The translations under genes and the position numbers were made by a program. DNA of 64,000 bases from Candidatus Latescibacterota bacterium (lineage in GTDB: Bacteria > Latescibacterota > UBA2968 > UBA8231). The first letter of the stretch is position 1. Each line of letters opens with the position of its first letter. Where the stretch lies: contig CBDCXV010000010.1 in the NCBI GenBank assembly GCA_965223905.1, forward strand, positions 1,632,001 to 1,696,000, written 5' to 3'. The notes beneath the pieces were generated by a model. It did not search any database and was not told where the DNA came from. It saw nothing but the letters and a program-made list of their open reading frames with translations. This document shows positions 10,853 to 20,257 of the stretch, one piece after another.

Positions 10853-10898
10853 GCCCCGATGACGTCCAAGGCTTTCCGGTCACAAGATTTGCCGCAGG

Positions 10899-10930
10899 TA
10901 GCTCTCGATTACTATTGCTATCAGGAGCCA
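10899..10930 (-). promoter_or_regulatory. lox-like recombination site R, inverted relative to site L
   Basis: Reverse complement TGGCTCCTGATAG-CAATAG-TAATCGAGAGCTA is 27/32 identical to site L with the same 6-bp core. Confidence 0.7.
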
Positions 10931-10996
10931 ACTTGGAAAGTAAGCCATGTTGTGTGAGCTAAGTGTGACTTACGGGGCGAAAGCTCGTGACCATTA

Positions 10997-11025
10997 GTGA
11001 CTTCCCGCGCGAAACGCGCTATCCT
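10997..11025 (+). promoter_or_regulatory. Candidate sigma70 promoter of the hybrid kinase
   Basis: GTGACT-N17-TATCCT about 80 bp upstream of the start. Confidence 0.4.
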
Positions 11026-11103
11026 CCACTCCCGCCCGGTCCGGCGGAAACGCGGCCGGACCGATCATTCGGAGCCCAGTGAGCTCCGCCTTACCCTGCG
11101 GCA

Positions 11104-13464
11104 GTGAGTGGAGCATTGAACGATCCAGACCCGGCCGGTCCCGGGAGCGGCGCGTCCGGGGAGCGCATCTCGCGGCTGAGCGCGGCGATCCTGCGCATCA
11201 GCGCGAGCCTCGACCTGGCCACCGTGCTCAAGGAGGTGGTCGACAGCACCCGCGCTCTCACCGGCGCCCGGACCGGTGTCATCACGACGATCGACGGGCG
11301 GGGACGGGTCCAGGACTTCGTCACCTCCGGCCTCGCCCCGGAGGAGCGCCGGAAGATGGTGGAGTGGCCCGACGGGCCGCGGCTCTTCGCGCACCTGCGC
11401 GACCTCCCGGCGCCGCTCCGGGTGGCGGACGTGCAGGACTACCTTCGGTCGCTCGGCCTCTCCCCGAACCCGTGGGGCTCGAAGACGATGCAGGGGACCC
11501 CGATGCACCACCGGGGCGAGCATCTCGGCAGCTTCTTCCTGGCCGACAAGGAGGACGGCGAGGCGTTCACGAGCGAGGACGAGGAGATCCTCGTCCTGCT
11601 CGCCTCGCAGGCGGCGACGGCGATCGCCAACGCGCGCACGCACCGCGAGGTCGAGCGGGCGCGGGCCGACCTCGAGGCCCTGGTCGAGACCTCGCCGGTC
11701 GGCGTCGCGGTGTTCGACGCCGCAACCGGCCATCCGGTCTCGTTCAACCGCGAGGCGCGGCGCATCGTCGAGCGCCTCCGCACCCCCGGCCACCCCCCGG
11801 AGCAGCTGCTCGAGGTGATCACGTGCCGGCACGCCGACGGGCGGGAGGTCTCGCTCGACGAGCTTCCCCTGTCCCGCCAGCTCGGGAGCGCGACGACGAT
11901 GCGCGCCGAGGAAGTCGAACTCTCCGTGCCCGACGGACGGAGCGTCCGGACGCTCTTGAACGTCACGCCGATCCGTTCGGACGACGGAGGCGCCGTGTCG
12001 GTCGTCGTCACCATGCAGGACCTGGAACCACTCGAGGAACTGGAGCGGCAGCGGGCGGAGTTCCTCGGCATGGTGAGTCATGAACTGCGCGCCCCGCTGA
12101 CGTCGATCAAGGGCTCGGCCGCGACCGTGCTGGACGCCGCCACGCTCCCGTCCCAGGCCGAGATGGTGCAGTTCTTCCGCATCATCGGCGGGCAGGCCGA
12201 CCACATGCGGGGCCTCATCGCGAACCTGCTGGACGCGGGGAGCATCGAGGCGGGCACGCTCACCGTGCAGCCCGAGCCCTCGGACGTGGCGGTCCTGGTG
12301 GACCGGGCCCGGAACACGTTCCTGAGCGGCGGCGGCCGCCAGGCCGTGCTCATCGACCTGCCGCCGGACCTGCCGCCGGCGATGGCCGACCGCGAGCGCA
12401 TCGTGCAGGTGCTGAACAACCTGCTCTCGAACGCGGCCCGGCACGCTCCGCCCTCGTCGCCGATCCGGGTCGAGGCGGGGCGCGAGGGCGGCTCCGTCGC
12501 GATCTCGGTCTCCGACGAGGGCCGGGGGATCCCGCCCGACGAGCTTCCGCATCTCTTCGGGAAGCCCGCCCGGCCGGCCGGAGGCACCGGGCTCGGGCTC
12601 GCGATCTGCAAGGGACTCGTCGAGGCGCACGGCGGCCGCATCCGCGCCGAGAGCGGGGGCACGGGCCAGGGCGCGCGCTTCACGTTCACGATCCCCGTGG
12701 CCGGGGAGGTCGCACCGGAAGCGGCCCCGCCCCGCGGCCCGACGCGTACGCCGGGGGAGGGGCGGGAGAAGACGCGCATCCTGGTCGTGGACGACGACCC
12801 GCAGACGCTCCGCTACGTGCGGGACGTCCTCTCCGATGTGGGATACGCCCCGCTCGTCACGGGCGATCCGGACGGGCTGGGCGGCGTGATCCGCGCCGAG
12901 AAGCCCCGCCTCGTGCTCCTCGACCTCATGCTGCCGGGCACGGACGGGATCGAGCTGATGCGGCGGGTCCCGGAGTTGTCCGACCTCCCGGTCATCTTCA
13001 TCTCCGGGTACGGCCGCGACGAGACCATCGCCAGGGCGCTCGAGAGCGGCGCGGCCGACTACATCGTCAAGCCCTTCTCGCCGACCGAGCTCGTCGCCCG
13101 GGTGCAGGCGGCGCTGCGGAACAAGGCCCAGGCCGAAACCTTCGTGCTCGGGGAACTGGCCATCGATTACGGCCTGCGGCGCGTGAGCGTGGCCGGTCGC
13201 GCGGTCCCGCTCACGACCACGGAATACGAGCTGCTGCGCGTCCTGTCGGCGGGCGGCGGACGGGTCGTCACCACGGAGGCGCTCCTCCGGCAGGTGTGGG
13301 GGCGCCGCGGCTCGGACGACACCGACCGCGTGCGCACCGCCGTCAAGAAGCTCCGGGCCAAGCTCGGCGACGACGTCGCCAACCCGACCTACATCTTCAA
13401 CGAGCACGGGATCGGCTACCGCTTCGCGAGGCCGGGCAGGGCCCATGAGGCGGTAGCCGGCTGA
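11104..13464 (+). CDS. Hybrid sensor kinase-response regulator: GAF-PAS-HisKA-HATPase-REC-OmpR winged helix
   Basis: SHELRAPL H-box, NNLLSNA, DEGRG, GTGLGL, VVDDD/LLDLMLP/KPF receiver, C-terminal LTTTEYELL...GIGYRF. Confidence 0.92.
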   Translation: MSGALNDPDPAGPGSGASGERISRLSAAILRISASLDLATVLKEVVDSTRALTGARTGVITTIDGRGRVQDFVTSGLAPEERRKMVEWPDGPRLFAHLRDLPAPLRVADVQDYLRSLGLSPNPWGSKTMQGTPMHHRGEHLGSFFLADKEDGEAFTSEDEEILVLLASQAATAIANARTHREVERARADLEALVETSPVGVAVFDAATGHPVSFNREARRIVERLRTPGHPPEQLLEVITCRHADGREVSLDELPLSRQLGSATTMRAEEVELSVPDGRSVRTLLNVTPIRSDDGGAVSVVVTMQDLEPLEELERQRAEFLGMVSHELRAPLTSIKGSAATVLDAATLPSQAEMVQFFRIIGGQADHMRGLIANLLDAGSIEAGTLTVQPEPSDVAVLVDRARNTFLSGGGRQAVLIDLPPDLPPAMADRERIVQVLNNLLSNAARHAPPSSPIRVEAGREGGSVAISVSDEGRGIPPDELPHLFGKPARPAGGTGLGLAICKGLVEAHGGRIRAESGGTGQGARFTFTIPVAGEVAPEAAPPRGPTRTPGEGREKTRILVVDDDPQTLRYVRDVLSDVGYAPLVTGDPDGLGGVIRAEKPRLVLLDLMLPGTDGIELMRRVPELSDLPVIFISGYGRDETIARALESGAADYIVKPFSPTELVARVQAALRNKAQAETFVLGELAIDYGLRRVSVAGRAVPLTTTEYELLRVLSAGGGRVVTTEALLRQVWGRRGSDDTDRVRTAVKKLRAKLGDDVANPTYIFNEHGIGYRFARPGRAHEAVAG

Positions 13465-13699
13465 CGTTCAGGGATACCGTGCGAGCGGGAAGCGAGTGTC
13501 GAGGATCCCGGATCTCACTCCCGGTCCACCGCGGGAGCGCGCCGGAAGGCCCACAGACAGATCAGGAAGGCGGCGGCGGTCTCCACCAGCAGGATGGAGA
13601 TGGGCAGGTAGCTGCCGACCACGGCGGACGCCAGGGAGACCCGCACCCCCCGAAGCGGGGGATGTCCCGGTGGTCGAGAGGCCGCGGGGAGACGGCGGC

Positions 13700-14152
<453 letters not shown>

Positions 14153-14209
14153 AGGGCGGACTGCCCCTCCCCTGGGGTATTTCGAGGTTTAGGGGGGTGC
14201 AGAAAGTAC

Positions 14210-15169
14210 GTGCGGGGGAGCTGCTGCGGTCAGCGGCCCGGCACTTCGCCGGTGCTGGCGGCTCTCACCGCGGCTTCGGTGCGAGGGCTCACCGCCACCG
14301 GGGCAGGCGCCGGCCAACGCCTGCGCCGGGTCCTGAAAGATGCGGCCACCGGGGTGCGTACGGCGCCCTTGTGCTTTGCTTCGCGCGGCTTTTCCCTGCA
14401 TGCGGCAACGCGGATCGCCGGCCCTGACCGGCGCGGGCTCGAACGCTTATGCCGCTACGTGGCCCGGCCGGCCCTGGCGGGGGGGCGTCTGCGCATTCTC
14501 GATGCCGACCATCTTTCCTTCGCGCTCAAAACGCCGTGGTCGGATGGGACCCGCCCTCTCCTGCTGTCTCCGATGGAACTGCTGGAGAAGCTGGCGGCTC
14601 TGGTTCCCCCGCCCCGGTTTCATCTCCTGCGCTACCACGGGGTCCTGGCGCCCCGGGCCCGGGCCCGCGACCGCATCGTGCCGGCCCAGCCGGGTGCCGA
14701 GCCGTCGGCGGCAGACGCCTCGACGAGCGCTGCGTCCTGCGGCCATCGACTGCGCTGGGCGACCCTGCTGGCGCGGGTGTTTTCCTCCGACCTCAGCGAA
14801 TGCGCGGTCTGTGGCGGTCGCCTGAGAATCATCGCCGCCCTGACCGATCCGGCCTCGATCCGGACCTGTCTGGAGGGGGTAGGGCTGCCGGCGATGCCCC
14901 CGCCGAGGGCCCCGCCTGAGCCGCTGTTCGAGTTCGCCGCCTGACCTCCTCCGCGATTCGCTCCCTGCGCCGTGAGCCGTACGGAGGAGTACGCCCTCAA
15001 ATACCAGATTGACCCCTGAAACGCGCCGAAATCCTTTACAACGGTGCTCGGAGCAGGCCCGAACGATTCGGTGCGACGACAAGCGATTCATCAGGAACCC
15101 TGCCTAACCCTTGACAACAGTTTCAGCGAATTGATAGTACCGATATCGGTGCCCTTATTTTTCCTATAC
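14210..15169 (+). mobile_element. 5'-truncated IS91/ISCR-family rolling-circle transposase (ends 14944) with downstream oriIS-like end
   Basis: GFSLHA, LERLCRYVARP, PPRFHLLRYHGVLAP, CxxCGG motifs; TTCCTATAC at 15161-15169 resembles ISCR oriIS. Confidence 0.8.
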
Positions 15170-15189
15170 ATAGGAAGAGATTGGTCGCG

Positions 15190-15450
15190 CCCGCCGGGGT
15201 CAGCCGTCCGCCGAGTCTGTAGTTGGGCCCGCGGTCCGACATGCCGACGCCGGCCTCCGGACTCCAGGTGAAGCAGTCGTCGAAGGCGGCGAAGCCGTAG
15301 CCGAACCGCGCCTCCCACCGACGGCTCCCGAGGTCGTTCCCGTTGTCGTTGGCAGCCAGCCCCTCCAGCGTGTCGCGCCGGAGCAGCGCCTCGATCGTGC
15401 CGCTGCCCGCGCCGTCGCGGTAGCCGCCCTCACCCAGGCTGTGCGCGACC
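15190..15450 (-). pseudogene. Remnant of an autotransporter-like beta-barrel C-terminus
   Basis: ALLRRDTLEGLAANDN..RRWEARFGYGF..WSPEAGVGMS..YRLGGRL amphipathic beta-strand pattern; no start. Confidence 0.55.
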
Positions 15451-15530
15451 AAGAGCCCCGTCGTCCACCGGCCTTGCTACTGCAGGCGGTGGACGACCCG
15501 CTTTCTTCGACCTCTCGGTCAAGAAAAACA

Positions 15531-15592
15531 CCTTCAACCGTGGAACCGGGCTGCATCTGGAACCAGCAGATCAACGGTTCCACGGTTGAAGG
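15531..15592. terminator. Strong hairpin (18-bp perfect arms) downstream of the surface-protein gene
   Basis: CCTTCAACCGTGGAACCG ... CGGTTCCACGGTTGAAGG; T-rich tail on the minus strand. Confidence 0.65.
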
Positions 15593-15658
15593 GATTGGGT
15601 ACATTCTGCTGAAGCAGAGGGTTTCTCGGGCTGACGCCTCCTGCCTAACCGTTCGGCA

Positions 15659-18487
15659 CTACTTCAAATAGAGTAGCCGTTGCGTCTCCATCCGGCCGGG
15701 ATAGCTCAGGCGGATTATATACACCCCCGATGACAGCGAAGCGCCCTGCTCGCCGCGGGCATCCCATTGGACCCGGTGGGAGCCGGCGGCCTGGAACTGA
15801 TCCACCAAGGTGCGAACCGACTGGCCCAGAACATTGTAGATCACCAACTGCACCGGGCCGGGGTTCGACAGGTGGTAAGCGATCTGCGTCGAACTGTTGA
15901 AGGGGTTGGGAACACTAAGCGCCAGACCGCTGACCGAGGCCACGGGCTTGTCCGCTACGGAGAGCATCGCCGGTCCCTTGACCCGGACTTCCGCCCCTGC
16001 CTCGAGCTTCCGCCCCACCGCGTCGCACACCGCGTGGTCCTCGCTGCACTGCCCCGTGCCGTTCACATCCGCGGTCACGTCGCCGGTCCCCGAGGGCGTG
16101 ACCTGCACGCCCCACTCGCTGTTCCGCCCTTCCACCCAGCGCCACACGTGGGTGATGGTCCCGCCTTGGACGTTCACGGCGCCGCCCGCGATGGACCGGT
16201 AGCTGAAGTCGACCGGCTCGTGGCTGAATTTCAGGTGGAGGTCAAACGCGGTGCTCCCGTCGTGCTCTTCGGGAGGCTGCACCCAGCTCGCGGTGATGGG
16301 TCCCAGGGTCTCCGGCACCGGTTCTTCCGTGTATGTCTCCGGTCCCGGCACCGTGATCGAGGCGCTGCTGGCGAGCGCTTCGCCGTCCACGCAGACCGCG
16401 TTCGTCTCCGTGCATGCCCGCACCGGAAGCGTGATCGTGAGGTCTCCCTGGACCGAGGGTCTGATCGTCACCCGCCAGTCGGTGTTGCTTCCCGGGGTCA
16501 GCCGGCGCGCTTCGACGACGCTCCCTCCCGTCACATCGAGAAGGGATCCGCCCACCGTCTGGTAGCTCAGCCCCACCGGCTCCTTGCTGAACGTCAGGTC
16601 CACGACGAACTTGCTCGACCCGTCGTGGTGCTTGGGCGGGTTGGAGAACGTGGCTTTGAGCGCGGTCGGACTCACCGGGACCTCGTTGCGCGTGTTGCGC
16701 GTGTTGCGCGTGCTGCTGCCCTGCACGACCGTGCCGTTGTGGGCGAGCAGCGCGGCCGCCTGCGTTTCCGCGCTGCGGATGGTCCCGCCGTTCAAGGCCA
16801 GGCTGTTCGGCGTCACCGACACCGAGGTATAGGAGCTCTCGTTCTTGCCCAGGGTGTAGCTGAAAACCAGTGTGCTCGTGCCGCTGCCGCTCAGATATTC
16901 CGCGCTGTGCGCCGCCGAGCCGCCGAGCCGGATTTCGAGTGAGGGCGTCCCGCCCGAGGTGTTCACAGCCACCGCCTCGCTGAAGGAGAGCGTCACCTCG
17001 ACGCTCTCGCCCGCCGACCAGCTCCCGTCTTCGCCCTCACCGCTCACCTGCGGCGTCCCGTCCACCTCCGGCGGGTCCACCGCGACCTGCATCGACGTCG
17101 GCATGCTCAGCGTCAGGGTGCGCACGAGCCCATCGCTCCAAGTAAGCCCGGAGTTCTCCCAGATGTAGTGGCGGTCCTGGCCCGACCCCGCCGGCAGCGT
17201 CGTAACGCTGCCTGGACGCTTCGCACTGGCGAAGGTGAAGGCTTCGCCGCAGACATGCAGCGTCAGGCCTGCCTTCTCCGTCGCCGTCAACTCCGCGTCC
17301 GGGTTGGTCTCGCCGACCAGATGGAACACCAGCGCCCCCGGCGGCGCGGTCAGTAGCGACACAAGATCCCCGGTTTGGGCGAAGCGCATCACCAGCTCGC
17401 CGATCCGGTAGCGGTTGGTGCCGAGATCGATCGGCGCACTCCGCCCGGACAGGGTGCCGGTATCCCGGAACCAGCCATAGCCGACCAGCTCGTTCAGGCC
17501 CCCGGCCTCGTAGCGGCCCACCGTCAGTGTCTGCTGCCAGACCCGGCGGCGATTGGTGAGGGTGGGCGGGGCACACGCCGGCGTGTCGGCTACCGCCGTC
17601 ACGTCGATGGTCATGGTGTAGTCGGCCATGCTGTCCAACTCGCCGTCGTTCACCTTGAAGGTGAAGCTCGTATAGCCCGTGCCGCTGGCGTTCGCCGGCG
17701 GAACGTACTTGAAATTGCCGGCGTCAAGCTGGGCCTTCGTCACCGTTTGCGGCACGCTGCCGATCGCCGCATTGTTCAGTTGCAGCTCGCCGCTCGCCGG
17801 CAGCGTGACGATCTTCACGCTCTCCAGCTCATCGCCGGCGGTGTCGGCGAAATTGAAGTCGGACGCGGCGAATGCGTAGTCCGTGTCCTCATTGGTCGTC
17901 ACCGTCCCGTTCGAGGTAGTGGGGGCCGTGAGGATGCGGACGAGCCTGACCGGGACCACGTCGCCGTCCGACCAGGAGAGACCGGGATTCTCCCAAGCAT
18001 ACTCGCCTTTATCCGTATCAAACGTACCAGTGGGAAAGGACAATTCGACAGTACCGAGAGTCAGCTTGAGATCGGACTGACCGTCAAGAGCCGCGTTCAG
18101 CTGGTCTCCTGTCTGGCCTCCTATATTGTTATTGAGGATAAATATGAATCGAGGCGGAGTGTCCAACGAATCGTAGTGAAAACCAATCACCGAATAAAAG
18201 GTGCCGTCGTATTCGAAGGAACCTGAAGACAACGAACCAAAGCCATAGGTCCCATCCGGATCGTATCCGAACAGACCGGAGTCCTCCTCCACCGTCAAGG
18301 AAGCGCACCAGATTTCGCGGGGGTCCGTATCGTCGCAGTGGCTGAGGTTCTGGGCGAGAGCGGGCGCGCCCGCGGCGAGCAAGAGGACCGCCGCCGTGAT
18401 GCGGCGCAGCCATGTCATCACGGGTTGTCCGGTAGATAATGCAAGGGGGGTGAAAAGCGCACAGGCAAAAAGTCTTCTATACCGCAT
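15659..18487 (-). CDS. Secreted modular surface protein: cadherin/Big-like domain, two 'P..HDG' Ig-like modules, FlgD/T9SS-like C-terminal domain
   Basis: Signal peptide ..PALAQ; TNEDTDYAF..SFTFKVNDG; C-terminal PNPFN..IYNVLGQ..WDARG..SSGVY..RLLYLK; true start may be the later MTWLR. Confidence 0.85.
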   Translation of the reverse strand: MRYRRLFACALFTPLALSTGQPVMTWLRRITAAVLLLAAGAPALAQNLSHCDDTDPREIWCASLTVEEDSGLFGYDPDGTYGFGSLSSGSFEYDGTFYSVIGFHYDSLDTPPRFIFILNNNIGGQTGDQLNAALDGQSDLKLTLGTVELSFPTGTFDTDKGEYAWENPGLSWSDGDVVPVRLVRILTAPTTSNGTVTTNEDTDYAFAASDFNFADTAGDELESVKIVTLPASGELQLNNAAIGSVPQTVTKAQLDAGNFKYVPPANASGTGYTSFTFKVNDGELDSMADYTMTIDVTAVADTPACAPPTLTNRRRVWQQTLTVGRYEAGGLNELVGYGWFRDTGTLSGRSAPIDLGTNRYRIGELVMRFAQTGDLVSLLTAPPGALVFHLVGETNPDAELTATEKAGLTLHVCGEAFTFASAKRPGSVTTLPAGSGQDRHYIWENSGLTWSDGLVRTLTLSMPTSMQVAVDPPEVDGTPQVSGEGEDGSWSAGESVEVTLSFSEAVAVNTSGGTPSLEIRLGGSAAHSAEYLSGSGTSTLVFSYTLGKNESSYTSVSVTPNSLALNGGTIRSAETQAAALLAHNGTVVQGSSTRNTRNTRNEVPVSPTALKATFSNPPKHHDGSSKFVVDLTFSKEPVGLSYQTVGGSLLDVTGGSVVEARRLTPGSNTDWRVTIRPSVQGDLTITLPVRACTETNAVCVDGEALASSASITVPGPETYTEEPVPETLGPITASWVQPPEEHDGSTAFDLHLKFSHEPVDFSYRSIAGGAVNVQGGTITHVWRWVEGRNSEWGVQVTPSGTGDVTADVNGTGQCSEDHAVCDAVGRKLEAGAEVRVKGPAMLSVADKPVASVSGLALSVPNPFNSSTQIAYHLSNPGPVQLVIYNVLGQSVRTLVDQFQAAGSHRVQWDARGEQGASLSSGVYIIRLSYPGRMETQRLLYLK

Positions 18488-19157
18488 GATGAGGTAATCC
18501 CTCCTCTGTGTGACGGGTGAATCGGCCCCCTATAAAACGGGGGCCGGGCCATATCCACCTCACGCAGAGTATGTGGGGCATTCCTGCCTATTCGCCAAGC
18601 AGCGGGAGGGGAGCGACCCCTCCACCTAATCATTATGCTAGGTATAACAAGAACCCAACATGTAGGTTCATTGAGTAATCGCGCAGAATATGCAGAACAT
18701 TCCGCTTACTGGTTAGTGAAGGGGAGCGCCCCCTTCACTAAGAAGCTATTTATAGAACAAGGGACACCAACATGCGGATTCCCTACGCAAGGTGGAGAGG
18801 AAAGAATATGTAAGCGTTTACAAAAAAGCAAGTGTCCAACCATCCGGCGGCGGTGCTCGGTAGCTGAAACCGCGAGCGTCATTCCCAGACCCCAGAACAT
18901 TGCAGCCGCGGCGATGAAATAGGTGCCAGACCACATAGGAGCAGAAGCAGCAAATTGTGGCACCCGAGGCGCATTGTGAGTGCTCACCACGCCATCGGCC
19001 AGTCTTGCCGTCCGAGTACACACGAGTGTATTTAAAGAAAAATACTCCCAATAACGTGAATTCGGGTTAAGCGGCCTTCTAACTGGAATCGTGCTTCCGC
19101 CTAGTAGCATACGTTTACGATGTATATTGTATATGTTTATAAAGTACTCCAGGAGAA

Positions 19158-20018
19158 GGTACGGTCCAGGTACATGGTTTACAGATCAGTCCAGGTACAT
19201 GGTTTACAGTTTCGTCCACCTTTGGGCACCTCAAGGAGGTGCTCACATGCCCTGGAACGAAACCTCAGCCATGGACCAACGAATGCATTTCATCGCCGAT
19301 TTCCTCGAGGACTACTTCCCCTTTTCCGAGCTGTGCCGTCGCTACGGCATCAGCCGTCCCACCGGCTACAAGTGGGTGCAGCGGTATGTCGACACAGGCG
19401 CTGCCGGCTTGATGGCGCAGTCGCGTAGACCGGTCCGTTGCCCGCACGCGCTGGGACGGCTCTCCCAACTGTCGGTCTGGTGGATCCGGCTCGGCATCTT
19501 GCCCGAGCGCATCCAGCCCGGTTGCCCGCAGCAGAATGGGCGCCACGAACGCATGCATGGCACGCTCAAGCGGGAGGCGACGATTCCCCCCCCCCGCGTC
19601 CCGCTTCGGACAGCAATACCGCTTTACCCGCTTCCGTCACGAATACAACCAGGAACGACGCCACGAGGCCTTGGGACAAAGACCTCCGGTCCTCTTCTAC
19701 CAGCCTTCGCCACGTCCTTTTCCCAGAAAGCTGCCGCCCCTACACTACCCTGCGCACTGGGAAGTTCGGCGGGTCAGTACTAACGGAGGCATCCGATGGA
19801 AGACCCATCGAGTAGCCGTCAGTAACGCCTTGCGTCAACAACCCATCGGCTTGGAACCCATTGACGACGGAGTCTGGGAGGTGTGGTTCGGTCCCCTTAG
19901 ACGGGGTCGCATGGACGAACGACAGCTCACCATCACCGACGCTTTGGGTAAAGCCGCTCGCCGGAAACTGTACACCATGTTGCCGGACTATTCTGTACAG
20001 GATGTACCCGACCGCTCA
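19158..20018 (+). mobile_element. Degenerate IS481-family element (internal deletion and frameshift)
   Basis: MPWNETS..ELCRRYGISRPTGYKW HTH joined directly to PQQNGRHERMH; YNQERRHEAL in another frame; a 21-bp repeat (19164-19184, 19189-19209) is mirrored at 19965-20018. Confidence 0.88.
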
Positions 20019-20051
20019 GAACCGACATGATCCCCCTCAACCAACAGCGGC

Positions 20052-20145
20052 CTGCTGCTGTCCACGCTGTTCACCCTGTTTCTGGTGCCTACGTTCCTCA
20101 GCCTGGCCATGGATCTGAGAGCCTGGATCGGCCGCGTCGGGAGGG
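20052..20145 (+). repeat. 94-bp direct repeat, copy 2
   Basis: 93/94 identical to 14051-14144. Confidence 0.95.
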
Positions 20146-20257
20146 CGATGTAGCGAACAGATGCGGCAGGAATTCCTTCGCAGCCTGCCCGTGGGATCGA
20201 TGCCCCAAGTGGGCGATCGGAGGCGCCGACTCAGGCGATATCGGGCTGCGGTTCAGC

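Noticed and set aside
16685-16712. 9-bp tandem repeat (RNT)x3 as a phase-variation tract
   Set aside because: In-frame linker expansion that cannot shift the frame
19164-19209. 21-bp direct repeat as iterons or mini-CRISPR
   Set aside because: Mirrored at the other end of the IS481 element, so it is a subterminal transposase-binding repeat
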